Shown here: one piece after another, positions 23,854-35,937 of the stretch
How the letters are laid out: each line of letters starts with the position of its first letter
Numbering within the stretch: position 1 is the stretch's first letter
Origin: Protoeuglena noctilucae
Lineage: Eukaryota
DNA length: 64,000 bases
Direction: 5' to 3'
Assembly (NCBI GenBank): GCA_958009085.1
Contig: OY253668.1
Location: 1-64,000, forward strand
Notes under the pieces: model-generated
Told to the model about the DNA's origin: nothing
Databases searched by the model: none
The model's input: the letters and a program-made list of their open reading frames with translations, nothing else
Position numbers and translations under genes: made by a program

Positions 23854-25568
23854 CTACCTGCGTGCCCCCGGCACTCCACCCGCAGGCGCGCCCCTGCCAG
23901 CCCCAGGGCCCCCAGCCGCGCCTGGCGCGCCGAGGTTGCTCGAGCTGCCGTTGTAGGTGTACGCCAGCCCCGCGCCTGCGACAGGGCAACGGGCCGGGTC
24001 AGCTCAGCGCCCCCTTGCACCGGCAACCGCCACGCGCGCTCTCTCCACATCTCCCGCACCCCTCGCTCACCTCTCCCCGCCCCCGCCGTGGTCGACGCCG
24101 GCCTGGCGAAGTTGTGCGCGAACTGCCCGTACTTGTTCTTGAGGGACCTGTCGACGTTCATCTTGGCGCGCTTCTGGGCGCGACGGTCGGCCTCCCACGC
24201 CGCGCGGTCCTGGGCCAGGCTGGGGGAGTGAAGGGGGCAGGGTTGAGTTGGATTGGAGATTGGCATGGGGGAGGGCAGAGATGAGTGGCATGGGGGAGCA
24301 GAGGTGGGTGCAGGTGGATGAGTGGCACAGGGGGTGCAGGTGTGCCAGTGGCATGGGGAAGAGCACAGATGGGTGCCGTCGCATAAGTGGCATGGAGAGG
24401 TAAAGATGTGCGCCACAACACACGGGAAGTCTTACTCCACCCCGAGCAACCCCCCCCCCCCCCCCCCCCTCACGCGTTGAGGTTGTTGTCTGCCCTGGCG
24501 CGCCCCTCCTCCCCCGCGTAGGGGTCGTAGTGGCCGAACTTGTGGCCGAACAGGTATCGGAAGGTGAGCAGCAGGAGCACGATGGCCTCGTCGATGCCGG
24601 CGACGAGGATGAGGGCGCCGCCCCGGTGGATCTTGGCCTGGAGGGCCGCGGAGGGGGAGTGCATGAGCTTGACGAAGTTGTAGGGCTTGCCGGCCATGAC
24701 GCCGCCCACCACGAGCTGGAAGACGAGCAGGAACTGCAGGGGAGAGAGGGGGAGAGGGGGAGGTGAGTGGGGTAGCAGGGTGAGGGGTGCAAGGGGACGA
24801 GCTGGAAGAAGAGCAGGAACTGCAGGGGTGAGGGGGTGAGGAGGGGGGGGGGAGTGGGGTAGCGGGGATGACGGGGTTAATGGCATGAGAGGGGTGTGAG
24901 TGGACGTGGGGTGTTGGGAGCAGGGGAAGGCGAGTGGTAGCGCGGTGGTGGCACCATCACAAGCTGCGACTCACCAGCGACACTGCCATGATGAATGCGA
25001 TGACTGTCACTCACCAGTGACACTGCCATGATGAATGCGATGAAAAGCTTCTTGCCCACGCCTGCGATGGGCACCATGGCGATGGAGACGAGGAGGGTGG
25101 CCAGGGAGAGGATCATGAGGAGGGCGCCGCCCCTGCCTGCGAGAGATGACATCACGAGCAAGATGAGGGGAGGGACGCGGGATGGAGGGGCGCGGGGGGA
25201 TGGGTGACGGGGGTGGGGGCGAAGGCAAAACAACACCACGCTCTGCCTGCGCTCACTCTGGACGGGGAACTCGATGACGAGCGTGTAGATGAACATGGCG
25301 AGGCCGAGGAGGACGTTGACGGACATGAAAAACCGCATCATGCGCACCTGGGGGGGCGGGGAAGGGGGCGACGTTGCATGGAAGCGAGCGCGACGCCCCT
25401 GGCTCCCCGCCTCGCGGCGCTCAGAGCGAGGCCGCAGCGCCATTGCGAGGGCTTCACAAGAGCACCCCCCTGCCCGACGACGGCCGGCCCGCCCGCGCGG
25501 CAGCTCACATAGAACGTCGCCTCGCCGAGGTGGCTCGGCACGTCCGTCTCCATGGCCCCGAGCGCCAT
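23854..25568 (-). CDS. Four-transmembrane (tetraspanin-like) membrane protein with a basic C-terminal tail
   Basis: Spliced model with four hydrophobic segments; frames are consistent across GT-AG introns; no family recognised with certainty. Confidence 0.6.
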
Positions 25569-26053
25569 CTTCCCCCGATCCCAGCCACGTGTAGCGGAAA
25601 GCTAGTTCACGGGACGCCCAACCCGCCCGACTTCCACCCCGCGCGTCGCTCCAAGGGCCGTTTGGCCAACTGTCTCTGAGCACCCGCCCCAACGAGAGCC
25701 GGACGCAAACCGAGAGCTCGCCGGCGCCTCGAAGCTCTTCTCTCCAGCCTCACGAGGAGAGACGGCGCGCGCGGGCCAAAGATGCGACTCAGCGGGCTCA
25801 GGGGGCCGAGGGGACGCGGGCCAGGACCGAGTCACGCGCTAGCGAACGAGTCTTCGCTTGTGCCGAAAGTTTGGTCATCAAGTGGCCTTTCCGCGCGCCA
25901 CAAGGGGGAAACGCGACACCGTCGGGCGGGGATGCCCGAGGGTCAGCCCTGCTTTTGTCCGTTAAAGCTCGCTGGCTGCGATGGCCTAGCCCATGCCGGT
26001 CTATGAACTGGATCCTGCACGATGTCCGACGCGGAGGGACGGGGACCGCATGC

Positions 26054-29000
26054 TCACAACGCGGCTCCCCCCGCATGGACGCGCCCGCCCCGCCGCTCGC
26101 ATGCGACCCTCACGCGCCTGCCCCAGCGCCACTTGCGCCTCCTCTGCTGTCCGACGTCCCAGTTACGCAGCGACACGGTCCCGGCCGAGTCCGCCAGGAC
26201 GCACGGCTCGCGGCACTCCTCAAAGGCGCAGGCATCCAAATCGACGGACGTGCCTTCCCCGGCGCTCTGCACGGCGGTCGACTTGGACCGCACCATCCGG
26301 CAGCGCACCTTCGAACGCGGAATGAGCGGGGATGTGCAGTTGCGGCGGGGGCAGCGGCACGGGTTGCACAACAGCATGGTGCGCAAGCGTGCGTCTCCGC
26401 CCTCACCGCGGACACGTCGGCGCCGCACGCCGCCGAGACGGCGACGGGAGCGCTGAGGATCTCCGAGTCCGTCAGCTCGACGCGGCAGGCCTCGCCCTGC
26501 GCGCGCACCCCGCACTCTCCCGGCCGCAGGGCCACGCTGCCCTGCACCAGCGCCGTGCACGCGCCCTGGGCCTGCGGCAGGCGAAAGGGGAAACAAGAGA
26601 CATATATGTATCGTTTGCTATCAATCCAACACGGCCATGATGACCCACAAGCAATCCACAAGCACTTGGCATGCCCTTTCTCACGTGTATGGCGTGCCTC
26701 GCGGCCTTGACGATGCGCACGCCGTCGAGTGCCACGGTGGAACCCCGTCCCATGACAGAAACACCACTGGCTGCGGTGCCTTCGACGCTGGTGCCCCTCA
26801 GGACGGCCTCGCCCCCTCCCCGCACGTACACGCCCGACAGATGGCACCACCGCACCGACCCACCCTGGGATGTGGGGAATGGAGGGACGAATCATGGGTT
26901 AGTCGGTTACAGTCAGCGACGCACTTTCGATACTCACGAATGCCAAGCGCTCCGTACGTCCGGTGCACCACTCATCCCCATCGACACCCCACTGACCAAT
27001 GCCCCCCGTCCATTCCCGTCAGCCATTCCCGTCTGCCTCTCGCCTGCGTGACCAGCGTCGACCACCCCTTGCACGACAGCCCGTGTCCATCCACGTGGCT
27101 CACGCGGCAGCCCAGCAGACTCAGCTCACCCCCCGCCTCCACCCGCGCTCCGGAGCCAGACCCACCGCGGACAGAGCAGCCCACGGCTGCAAGCAATGGG
27201 AGGAAGGAAACGCGCATTGTAACCATGCGTCGCATAGTACGCTCGTGGGTGCTGTCAGGCAGGGCAGGGGTGACCACGAGTGCCGCACACCCCGCATGCC
27301 GTTTGATGCGATCGCTGCCACCCTCACACCCATGAGACTGCCCCACCCTCACTGCCACCCTCACCTGTGACATGTGACCCCGGCCCAGCGCTGTACACCC
27401 CCCCCGACCCCCGGCAGTCGTCGACGTGGCAGAAACGCATGAAACAAGCGGCGCCCTCGCGGACACTGACACCGTACCACTGGCATTTCCTGACACCGCA
27501 TCCCAGCAGGGCCAGGTGGCTACCGGCCCCCGCCACCACGGCCCCCCCCTCGTTGCCCCTCAGCTCTGTGGTCTGGCACACGGCGGCTGCCTCGTGAAAC
27601 ACCACCAGCCCCGCGCATGCGCTGCGGCAGACGAGGCTGTCGAGGAGGTGGAGGGACGCGCCGGGGCTGCGAACCACCACGCCGTTGCCCTGAGGAGGAC
27701 GAGGATGTGGTGACAGTGTTATGGCAGCGCTTTGGTTGCTATCCCATTGCACTGCGACTGAATGCAGCTGCCAGGCATCCCAGGCTCTAATCGTTCGCAT
27801 CCCTCTCCCGCTCTAACCCTCGCCTTGCTGTTGAGGATGCGGCATGCGGTGAGGGTCGCCTCGGGTGCTAGGACCATCACGGCAGCGGTGCGCACGGCCG
27901 TGTCCGCATGATAGGACCAGGGGTTCCAGAGACTGGTGACTGGGAGTGGAAGAGTGAGTGGGGGATGAGAGTGGTGACTGGTGGGGGTGCTATAGCGAGA
28001 CACGTATGCTCGCCAGCCATGTTGATCTACATATCCCCCGCCTGCTGCCTCACCCAGCGCGCTGGCCCATCCCTGGCACCGCACGTCCACCCCCGCCATC
28101 GTGCACCCGCGTGCCGCCACCAGCAGCCCACACTTCCAGGAGCGGAGGTCACCCGAGGAACTGCGCACCGACACCATGCCACCTGCAGGTGTGTTGCAGA
28201 GAGAGAGTTGATGGGCCATACAGACTTGATGGGTTAAGGATTACATAGCAATGTCACTGCCTACCCACTGCTGCCTGGTTCAGTGACTGAACCACTGAGT
28301 GCATGGCAATGACCATTGCTCAGCAAGCACCACTCGTGTCGCCTGGTCAATCTCTCACCGGTGAGCGTGAGGGTGCCGTTGCGCAGGGTGAGCCCGGGCC
28401 TGGTGAGTCGCAGGTGCTCTCCCCTCACGTGCTGCCCCCCCAGGTCCACCGTGGTGACTGGGGCGTGACAAAGCACTGTCTGCAAGTCAGCCATCGAAGC
28501 GCCCGACCACAGGCGCACCTCGCCCTGGGGACGAGGAGCGGTGGGTAGGGATTACGATCGTCAACAAGACATATATGCAGTCCCACTGCCAGCAGTGCCA
28601 CGCACCCTCTCTCAAGCACCCTCTCTCAAGCAAGCACCCTCTCTCACACAAAACACCCCTCACCAGCGCGACCCCCAGCACTCTCTCGATCAAGTCATCC
28701 GGCATGCGTTGCAACGCCAGCAGCGTCGCCGCCTCCTCCGACCTCGCCGCGCCCCTCGCCCACGCCTCCCCCTCGCTGCCACGGCGCCCGCCCCCCCACC
28801 GGACGCGCGACCCCGGCCCGGCCCTCACAGTCGCCGACTCCTCCTCTCGCACATGATCGGCACTGACTCCCTCATCCCCCGCCCGCTCCCTGCTTGCCTC
28901 CACCCCCGCGCTGCACCCGCACAGCAGCCCGTCAAACACCCGGCGCAGGCGCGCCGACCGCGCGTTGGGAGCCGCCTCCCCCGATGCGCCCCTTCCCCTG

Positions 29001-30560
29001 CCCCCGCCTTCCTCCGCGTGATCGCCGCGGTTCCCTCGCCCCCACCCCCGCGGCAGGCACCCGGCGCTGGGGTCTCTCTCTTGGCTGGGAGGGGCTACGG
29101 AGGGACGGGCGTGTGCCGTGGTGCTGACCCTGTCATGGGGAATGCGACTGTCCACGGCGCCAGAGGGGCTGGCACGCGCACCGCTTGCGGCTGAGCTGGC
29201 TGCGGCATCGGGGCTCGTGGCTGCACGCGCGTGGGTGACTGCAGCCACTGCCAAAGCCCCACGATCGCGGGAGGTGGGTGCGGGAGCGTGGGCCGAGAGG
29301 CGAGGGGCGGTGGCCTCGCGTCGTGAATCTGCAAAAAGGAAAAGAACAACAAAGTCACGAGGACACCGCCTCTCACAGCCCAACACGCAAGCCCAGCCAT
29401 GCACGCCACACCGCCCCACCTGCCGCCTCGGCCCATGTGTTGCTGCCGGCTCTGTCTGCCTCCGCCCATCCCTCGTGGACAGCCGCGCGACCCCAGGGCG
29501 ACCCCCAGGCAGGGAGGGGCGGTGCTGCGAACAGTCCCTGGGATGCATTGGACCGAGATGAAGAGGGAGAGGGGGAGGGGGAGCGGGAGCGCCAGACGGT
29601 GCGCTCGCGGGGCACAGCGGAGGGTCCCGCAGATCCGGGAGTGGACAGTCGCATGGACCGCGGTGCCCATGGGTGCTGCCCCACCCTGTCACGCCCCGGC
29701 TGCATGCGCACAAGCGTGTCCCCCTCCTCTTCTGCGTCTCTGTCAGAGTCAGAGAGGCTCATGTCCAAGTCGATGTCTGGATCCCAGTCGTCGATGTCAA
29801 CGTCGACGTCACTGGCGCGGGCCCCTAGAAGGCTGGGGTCGTCGTCCAGCCAGGGGGGAGCGGTGGTCATGGCTGCGTCGAAGGCAGATGAGGGACTCGG
29901 GCCGGCGCTGGACGACGGCGGTCCGCCGCGGCGCTGCACGACGCGGAAAGCGCTTCCGCCCACGCAGCAGGGCCAGTCGGGCGGCGGCGCCGCGGCCCCG
30001 CATCGCCACAGCGACGTGCCGCAAACGGTGCTGGGGCCCACGCCGCGGTCGGAGGAGGGACCCGCGGGGGCCGCCGATGCGTCGCTGGAACTCCCTTCCG
30101 CGATCGTGGCGCGGGGACGCATCCAGAGGAGGCCGCTCGGGGCCCGGCTGAGGTCCTCTGCGGACGAAGCCGCGTGGGAGCCCGGCCGGCCGCGCGCGCT
30201 CCCGCCTTCGCCCGCGCCGAGGCGTGGGACGAAGGGAGACGCGTCCAAGCCTTCGCTCGCCTCCGGGACCGCGCGCAGGCCGAGGGCCCGGCGGACGAAG
30301 GCGTCGCCCTGCAGCGGGGAGCGCAGGTGCTGCTTCGGCGCGCACAGAGCGGGACCGCGGCCGCGCATCCGCCGGCCATGGCGACTGTACATCGACTGCA
30401 CCTGCAGCGTCGCGAGGGTCGCCTCCGTGACCGCGGCGCGGTACTCGAGCCGCACGACCGCCTCCGCGGACACCCCCATTGGACCTCGGATCGCGTCCGG
30501 TCCCAGGACCTCGACGCCCTGCTGCGCCGCATCCGTGAGCATCGAGTGCACGAAGTCCAT
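26054..30560 (-). CDS. F-box-like motif + right-handed parallel beta-helix repeat protein with a long disordered N-terminus
   Basis: The ORF ending near 29418 splices in phase to the exon carrying LLALQRMPDDLIERVL; repeated GVxVxxGxxxL-C beta-helix strands; both ends approximate. Confidence 0.65.
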
Positions 30561-31012
30561 ATCGGCTGGGCAGCCCGGCTGCCGTCCTGCGAACGCAACA
30601 ACCCAGGGGGGGTGCCGGGCGTCGCGCGGAGCTCCCGGCGAGACTCCGAGGAAGGCGTTGAGCGAAATGCGGTAATACAAGCAAGACAAGAATGAGCGCA
30701 TGCATGTCTGCGCACGCATCGCTCACCTCGGAAATCCGGGGCCGGCCGAACAGCGGAAATCGTCGCCGATGGCGCCGCGAATTCAGGAGCCTACCCTTTT
30801 AATCGAGGATGCGATCAAGCCTCGGGGGCCGAGAGGCCGGGGCCGGCGACCCTAGAAGCCCTGGTTGCCGAGCGCCCCTTTGCCGGCATCTCTGACACAC
30901 TCCGCCTCTTCAAATGGAGGCTAAGCTTGTTGCTGGGAACACTGCTCAGCGCTGCTGTGTCAGCTGGACCAGCGGTCAGGCGCACGCGTGCCGAGTTTCG
31001 CGGCAGTCCCCG

Positions 31013-33210
31013 TCAGTAAGCGCCTGCCCCGAGGTGCGCAGCCACGCACAGAAAGTCAGAGAAGACGCCCCCGGCCGTCACGGCAGCGCCCGCGCCGGGC
31101 CCCTGGATGACGAGCGGCCGCGTGGCGTACCGCGTCGTGGTGATCTCCACGACATTGTCGCTCCCCTGCAGCGCCGAGAAGGGGTGGTCCGCTGGGTACT
31201 TGCGGAGCACCACCTCGCATGACTGCGCCTCCACGTCCACCACGGCTACGTATCGCAGAGACTCCCGGGACTCTTTGGCCTCCTGCGATGGGATGAGGAT
31301 GGGGATGCAGTGGGTGATGCGGACGTGGCAGGTGCGAGGCTGCAGGTGCGATGCAGCAGTTGCGATGCTGCAGGTGTGGTGCAGGCGAGTGCTTGCAACG
31401 CAATCGCGTCCCGTCCCACGCTCGCCTGGTGGCGTGCAGCCATGACGACGTCCAGGGAAGGCAGCTGGCGCATGAATTCATCCACAGAACACGACGCGAG
31501 ACTCTGTGAGATAGAAGAGGAAAGAGCGCGCTGACAGCTGTCTGCTTGTGCAAACATGCGAAGCACCATCACTGCAGAATAGTAAGCACTTCTCGCTCGC
31601 TCTCACACCTCGGGCACGAGGCTCTGGACGTGGACGTCCCTCAGCTCCGTGGTCAATCCACACTCGCGTGCCAGAATGACGGCCTTGCGCGCCACGTCCG
31701 TCCCTGACAGGTCGTCCCGGGGGTCAGGCTCCGTGTACCCCTCCGCACGCGCCCCTGCATTGCATAGACCAAGTAAGGTAGGGTAGAGTGGGGTGGGTGC
31801 CCGTCATGCGAGCGCTATGGCTGTGTGCCGTCATGTGATTCAGTGAGATGACTATATGATCCCTGCTGTCCCCTTCTATCCACTGCGCCACTCACGGCTG
31901 ACGCACTCGGACCAGCTCTTGGACTCCTTGCCGAATATGTTGAAGAGGAACGACAGTGTGCCTGACAGGACGCCCTCGATGCGCAGGACCCTGTCTCCCG
32001 TAGCCTGGAGGTGCTTGAGGGTGGACATGATGGGGAGACCTGCACCGCATGTGGCCTGCAGGAAGAGGGTGAGGGGTGGCATGAGAGAGAAAGAGGTGTG
32101 GTGAGGTAATGGACCATGCAGTACACAGCAAGTCGCCGTGTTGATGCATGGGCGATGGCTCTGGCACAGACGTGCTGTTTGTCTAAGCACGTTCCCAGTG
32201 TTGCTGGTCTCATCACGTCCCCCACGTGCCTCGTAGAAGTACAGGGCTCCCCCGGTGCGCATCAGCTGCCGTGCTGTCAGATAGTCCTGTATGGGACCCG
32301 TGTTGAAGCGCTTGTTGGGCGTCACCACGTGCACCCCCGCACGCATCCACTCCAGGTACCGACTTGGCGCCTCCGACCCCGCTGCATTACACAAATTACA
32401 AACAGCAGGTGATTGTTGACTATGTGGAGAAAAGGCCTAACTGTGTTGGATCGCCGTTGGGCGCTTCCGACCCCGCTGCACGACACAGGTTACGAACGGC
32501 AGGTGACTGTTAACCAAGTGAAGAAGGCCCCCAATGTATTGCTTCGCTTCTCGCCCATGCCGCATCACTGATCGCCCTATGCCGCGCACCCGTGCAGTCG
32601 ACGATGACGGGGTGCAGGGAGAGGGCGCGGCTGGCACGCACGACCTCGTGGGCAAAGGCGTGGATGTCGGATGCCGTGGTGGACGCGCCCAGACGCTCCT
32701 CCCACTCGTCGTAGGGAATCGGGGTATCCGACACGACCATCCGCTGAGACCGCGCCACTCCCAGCAGCGCCAGGTCTAGGTTACGCTCCGACGCCAGCAC
32801 GGGGGCCTGGGCGCGCAGCTGGCTCAGCAGCTCGCGGCCAATCAGCCCGGGGCCGATGAGCCCGATGCCGAGGCGCACTACCTGGTGCCCCGCTGCGAGG
32901 GCGAGGGGCGGGGAGGTCCGCGTGAGGCAAGGCCCTGCGTGTTGCTCGCTCTGCAGTGCGCCTCATCGCTAGCCGAGGGCGAATCGACGGAGCGCGCCTC
33001 ACCCATGATTATTTTTCGTCCTCGAGCGTGTCTTAGCGCAATGGTCTTGATCCGTAGCGGCACGCGCGCGCAGCTTAAGCTGTCTTTCGCCAGACGCGCG
33101 ACAGAGATCCGTGTTTGGGGCCCGCGCCTGAGCCCGCCGCACAGTCTGCACGGTACATCGTGACTCCTGTTGGCGAGTGAAGCAGCCATCGGACGTGTCA
33201 CTGTCTCCAT
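31013..33210 (-). CDS. Monofunctional homoserine dehydrogenase with a putative transit peptide
   Basis: [79 protein letters not shown]; start may be 33210, 33189 or 33006. Confidence 0.9.
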
Positions 33211-33265
33211 TTGTTGCTTTGCAGCCGGGCAATTGCTTGGATAGCTGTGCGCGCTCGGGGAGGGG

Positions 33266-33818
33266 ATGGACGCCGCGGCTCTCTTTGCGTTTGAGAGCAG
33301 AGCGCTTCAGGCGGAGGCGCGGCTCGCAGCTATCGAGGCGCGGCTGTCGTCGGGTGCGGAAGCTGGGCCGCACCGCTTGAGCCCGGCCGCCCCGCGTCGA
33401 CCCCGCATGAGCCGCCCCGCGCGATGCGGCTGCAGCAAGTATTCCATCTCTTCTCGCGCATCGCAGGCGCGGCTGTCGCCGGGGACGCGGGGCTGGTGCA
33501 CGGGCTCGAGGCGTTGCGGGCGACCCTGTTGCAGGCCAAGGCCGAGCGCGATGCAATGAAGAAGGACCTGGACGACGCGGTGGCGAAGAAGGTGACGCAT
33601 AATGCAACGCTGAAGGATCGAGCTAAGGCCGATGACCGCTCCAGCGGTGTGGTTTCGGGCCTTCCTTGTCTACGCTCTGCCCAGGCGTCTGCAACCAGTG
33701 CACGCCATTGGCTCCGGTCCCCCCGCGCCCTCAGGACGCCGCGGAGAAGGAACTCGCGAAGGCGCAGTACCGCATCAGCCATCTCGCGCGCACGGTGCGG
33801 GAGCTGGAGGGCCGGTGA
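33266..33818 (+). CDS. Small coiled-coil protein (3 exons) with a KAQYRISHL leucine-zipper-like motif
   Basis: MDAAALFAFESRALQAEARL...; clean GT-AG splicing to ELAKAQYRISHLARTVRELEGR*. Confidence 0.7.
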
Positions 33819-34059
33819 CCGTGGCGTGTGCCCTGCTCCGTGTCCTTTAATGGTTTGTTGAACGTAACCAGCAGCGTATCGCGACTGTGACAGTGACTCG
33901 TCATCGATATCAAGGCGTTCAAGCAAGACTGCCACACGCGGATGTCACGTCGCGCATCGCCACTCAACCCCCTCTGACCCTCGCCCCATGACACCACCCC
34001 CGCCACTCCCCCACTATTACTGCTAGTAGTAGTGGCGTGTCTCCACCCCCCTCCTCGTC

Positions 34060-35566
34060 TTACTCCTCCTCCGTCTCCCCCTCTTCCTCATCCTCAAACA
34101 TCTCCCCCAGCGACGCGTCGGCAAAGGTCGTCTCCACTTCCTCCAGATCCAACTCGTCCACCTCCATCAAACGACCGATGCTCTGCGGATGACATGAGCA
34201 TGCGTGTGGCAGTTACCTACAGCTATGCGCAACCCATGCCATGCCAGTCAAGAGCAGCGCAGCGTATGAGAGGGGCGAGCCCCATCGTCACGCACCACGT
34301 GCGGTCGTGTGCATACGTGCAACACCATTACATGTAATACAATCACATGTCCCTCTCGCTCACCTCGAGGAACTCCTCCGTGCTGGGTGGCTCCACGTAC
34401 CCCTCCGCCGGGTGGTCGCTCTGAGCCTCCGGGTCATAGACCCTCAGCACTTTGGCCACCTGACCCGGCGCGCGGGGGTCCACGGCCTTGCCATCCAAAG
34501 TGATCAGGCGCCAGATCTCCTCCTCCGTCCACTCCCGCTCCTCCCGGTCAGCCTCGGAGGGCAGCGGTTTCAAGCGCAGGTCGCCAGTCATGTCCAGGGA
34601 CGGGAAGAGGCCGATGAGCGACTTGCGCCTTGCCCAGTCCAGCCGCTGCAGCTCCTGCTGGCGGCGCTTCTCCATGCGCGCGCGAAGGTCCCAGGGAGTC
34701 AGGTCGGGCAACTGAGGCGAGGGAGAGGGGAGGGGCGGTGAGCAGGGTGACAGGTGCGGTGCGCAGGGTGACAGGCCGGGCCACGCAGCTGCTCCACACG
34801 TGCGATGCTCTGCAGTCCTGCCGTCCGCGTCAACTGCTACACCGTCAAGTGACCGAATGCAACACCCGCCTCCCCCACCGGTCACCTCCGGCAGCGGCGC
34901 GGGCTTGATCGGGTTGATGTCCGCGACGGAAGCGTCCTGGGCAGCAAACGGCTCCAGCCCCACGAAATTCGGCTTGGCCCGGAGCTGCTCCAGCTTCTCA
35001 TAGACCAGGCGCGCGCGCTCCGTCGGCTCCACGACGCGCGCCCCGACCTCGTCGCCCTGCCGAACCACGCCCAGGCCGTACTTGTCCAAGTAGGGGTCGT
35101 CCTCCGCCCAGAACTCGTCCCAGTCGTCGATGTCGTCCGCCCAACTCAAATCGTCGTCGTCGAACTCGGCTAGACCTGCGCGGAGGGGGCAAGGGCCGCT
35201 CGCGCGGACGGCGGCCGCGCCGCGCGGGGGAGGGATATACTGCGCTTTGGGCGGTTGCAGTGAAATGCTGGTTGCATAAAGCGTCGACTGAGCAGATATC
35301 ACGCAGCAGCGGAGCGCCGGGCGGGGCGCTGCTGGAGGACGCGGCGGCAGCGCACCTTCCCCGCCCTCCCCGCTGCTCTCGGTCTCCTTTGCCTTCGCCT
35401 GCGCGGCGCAGCGGATATGACGCAACGCAGATGTCCGAGACCGCGCAGCGCAAGCGCGGCCCCGCGGGAGGGTAGCTGAAGCTGGGAGCGGACCCGACCT
35501 GGGGCCCCGCGCGGAGCAGGAACAGCCCGCGCTCGAAGACAGGCGGCAGAGCACTGCGCTCGACAT
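34060..35566 (-). CDS. Hypothetical acidic, probably plastid-targeted protein
   Basis: Transit-like MSSAVLCRLSSS; spliced exons DDIDDWDEFWAEDD, EREWTEEEIWRLI and an acidic last exon. Confidence 0.65.
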
Positions 35567-35937
35567 ATTGGAAAACGCGACTCCGGCGCGTGGCGACGCG
35601 GCGTCGGCGGCGGGACGCCGAACTCGCGGTCGATAATGGGCAGTCACGCTGGTTGCTAGGCTGGCGTTCCCCTCCAACTGCCGTCTCTGCGATGAGCGGA
35701 TTCGGTAATTGCGTGGCTCTGCTGCGGACGAGTGCCTCTTGCAGTGCGCGGCGGCTGGCAGGTCATACACGGACGTGCTGTGGCCGTGTCGCTGTTTGGA
35801 TGGTCTATTTGGTTTTGCTGAAACACTGGATTGGTTCAAACTGCACTCTTTCTTCGCTCTCTTCAAAGCTCTAGGCAGGTCATTGCGCGACTCGACTCGC
35901 GCCTTCCATCATGTTTATCGCATCGCTCCCTCGTTGC

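Noticed and set aside
28603..28650. Short tandem repeat (caccctctctcaag) x3
   Set aside because: It is a simple intronic slippage repeat, too weakly similar to the exon to count as an echo.
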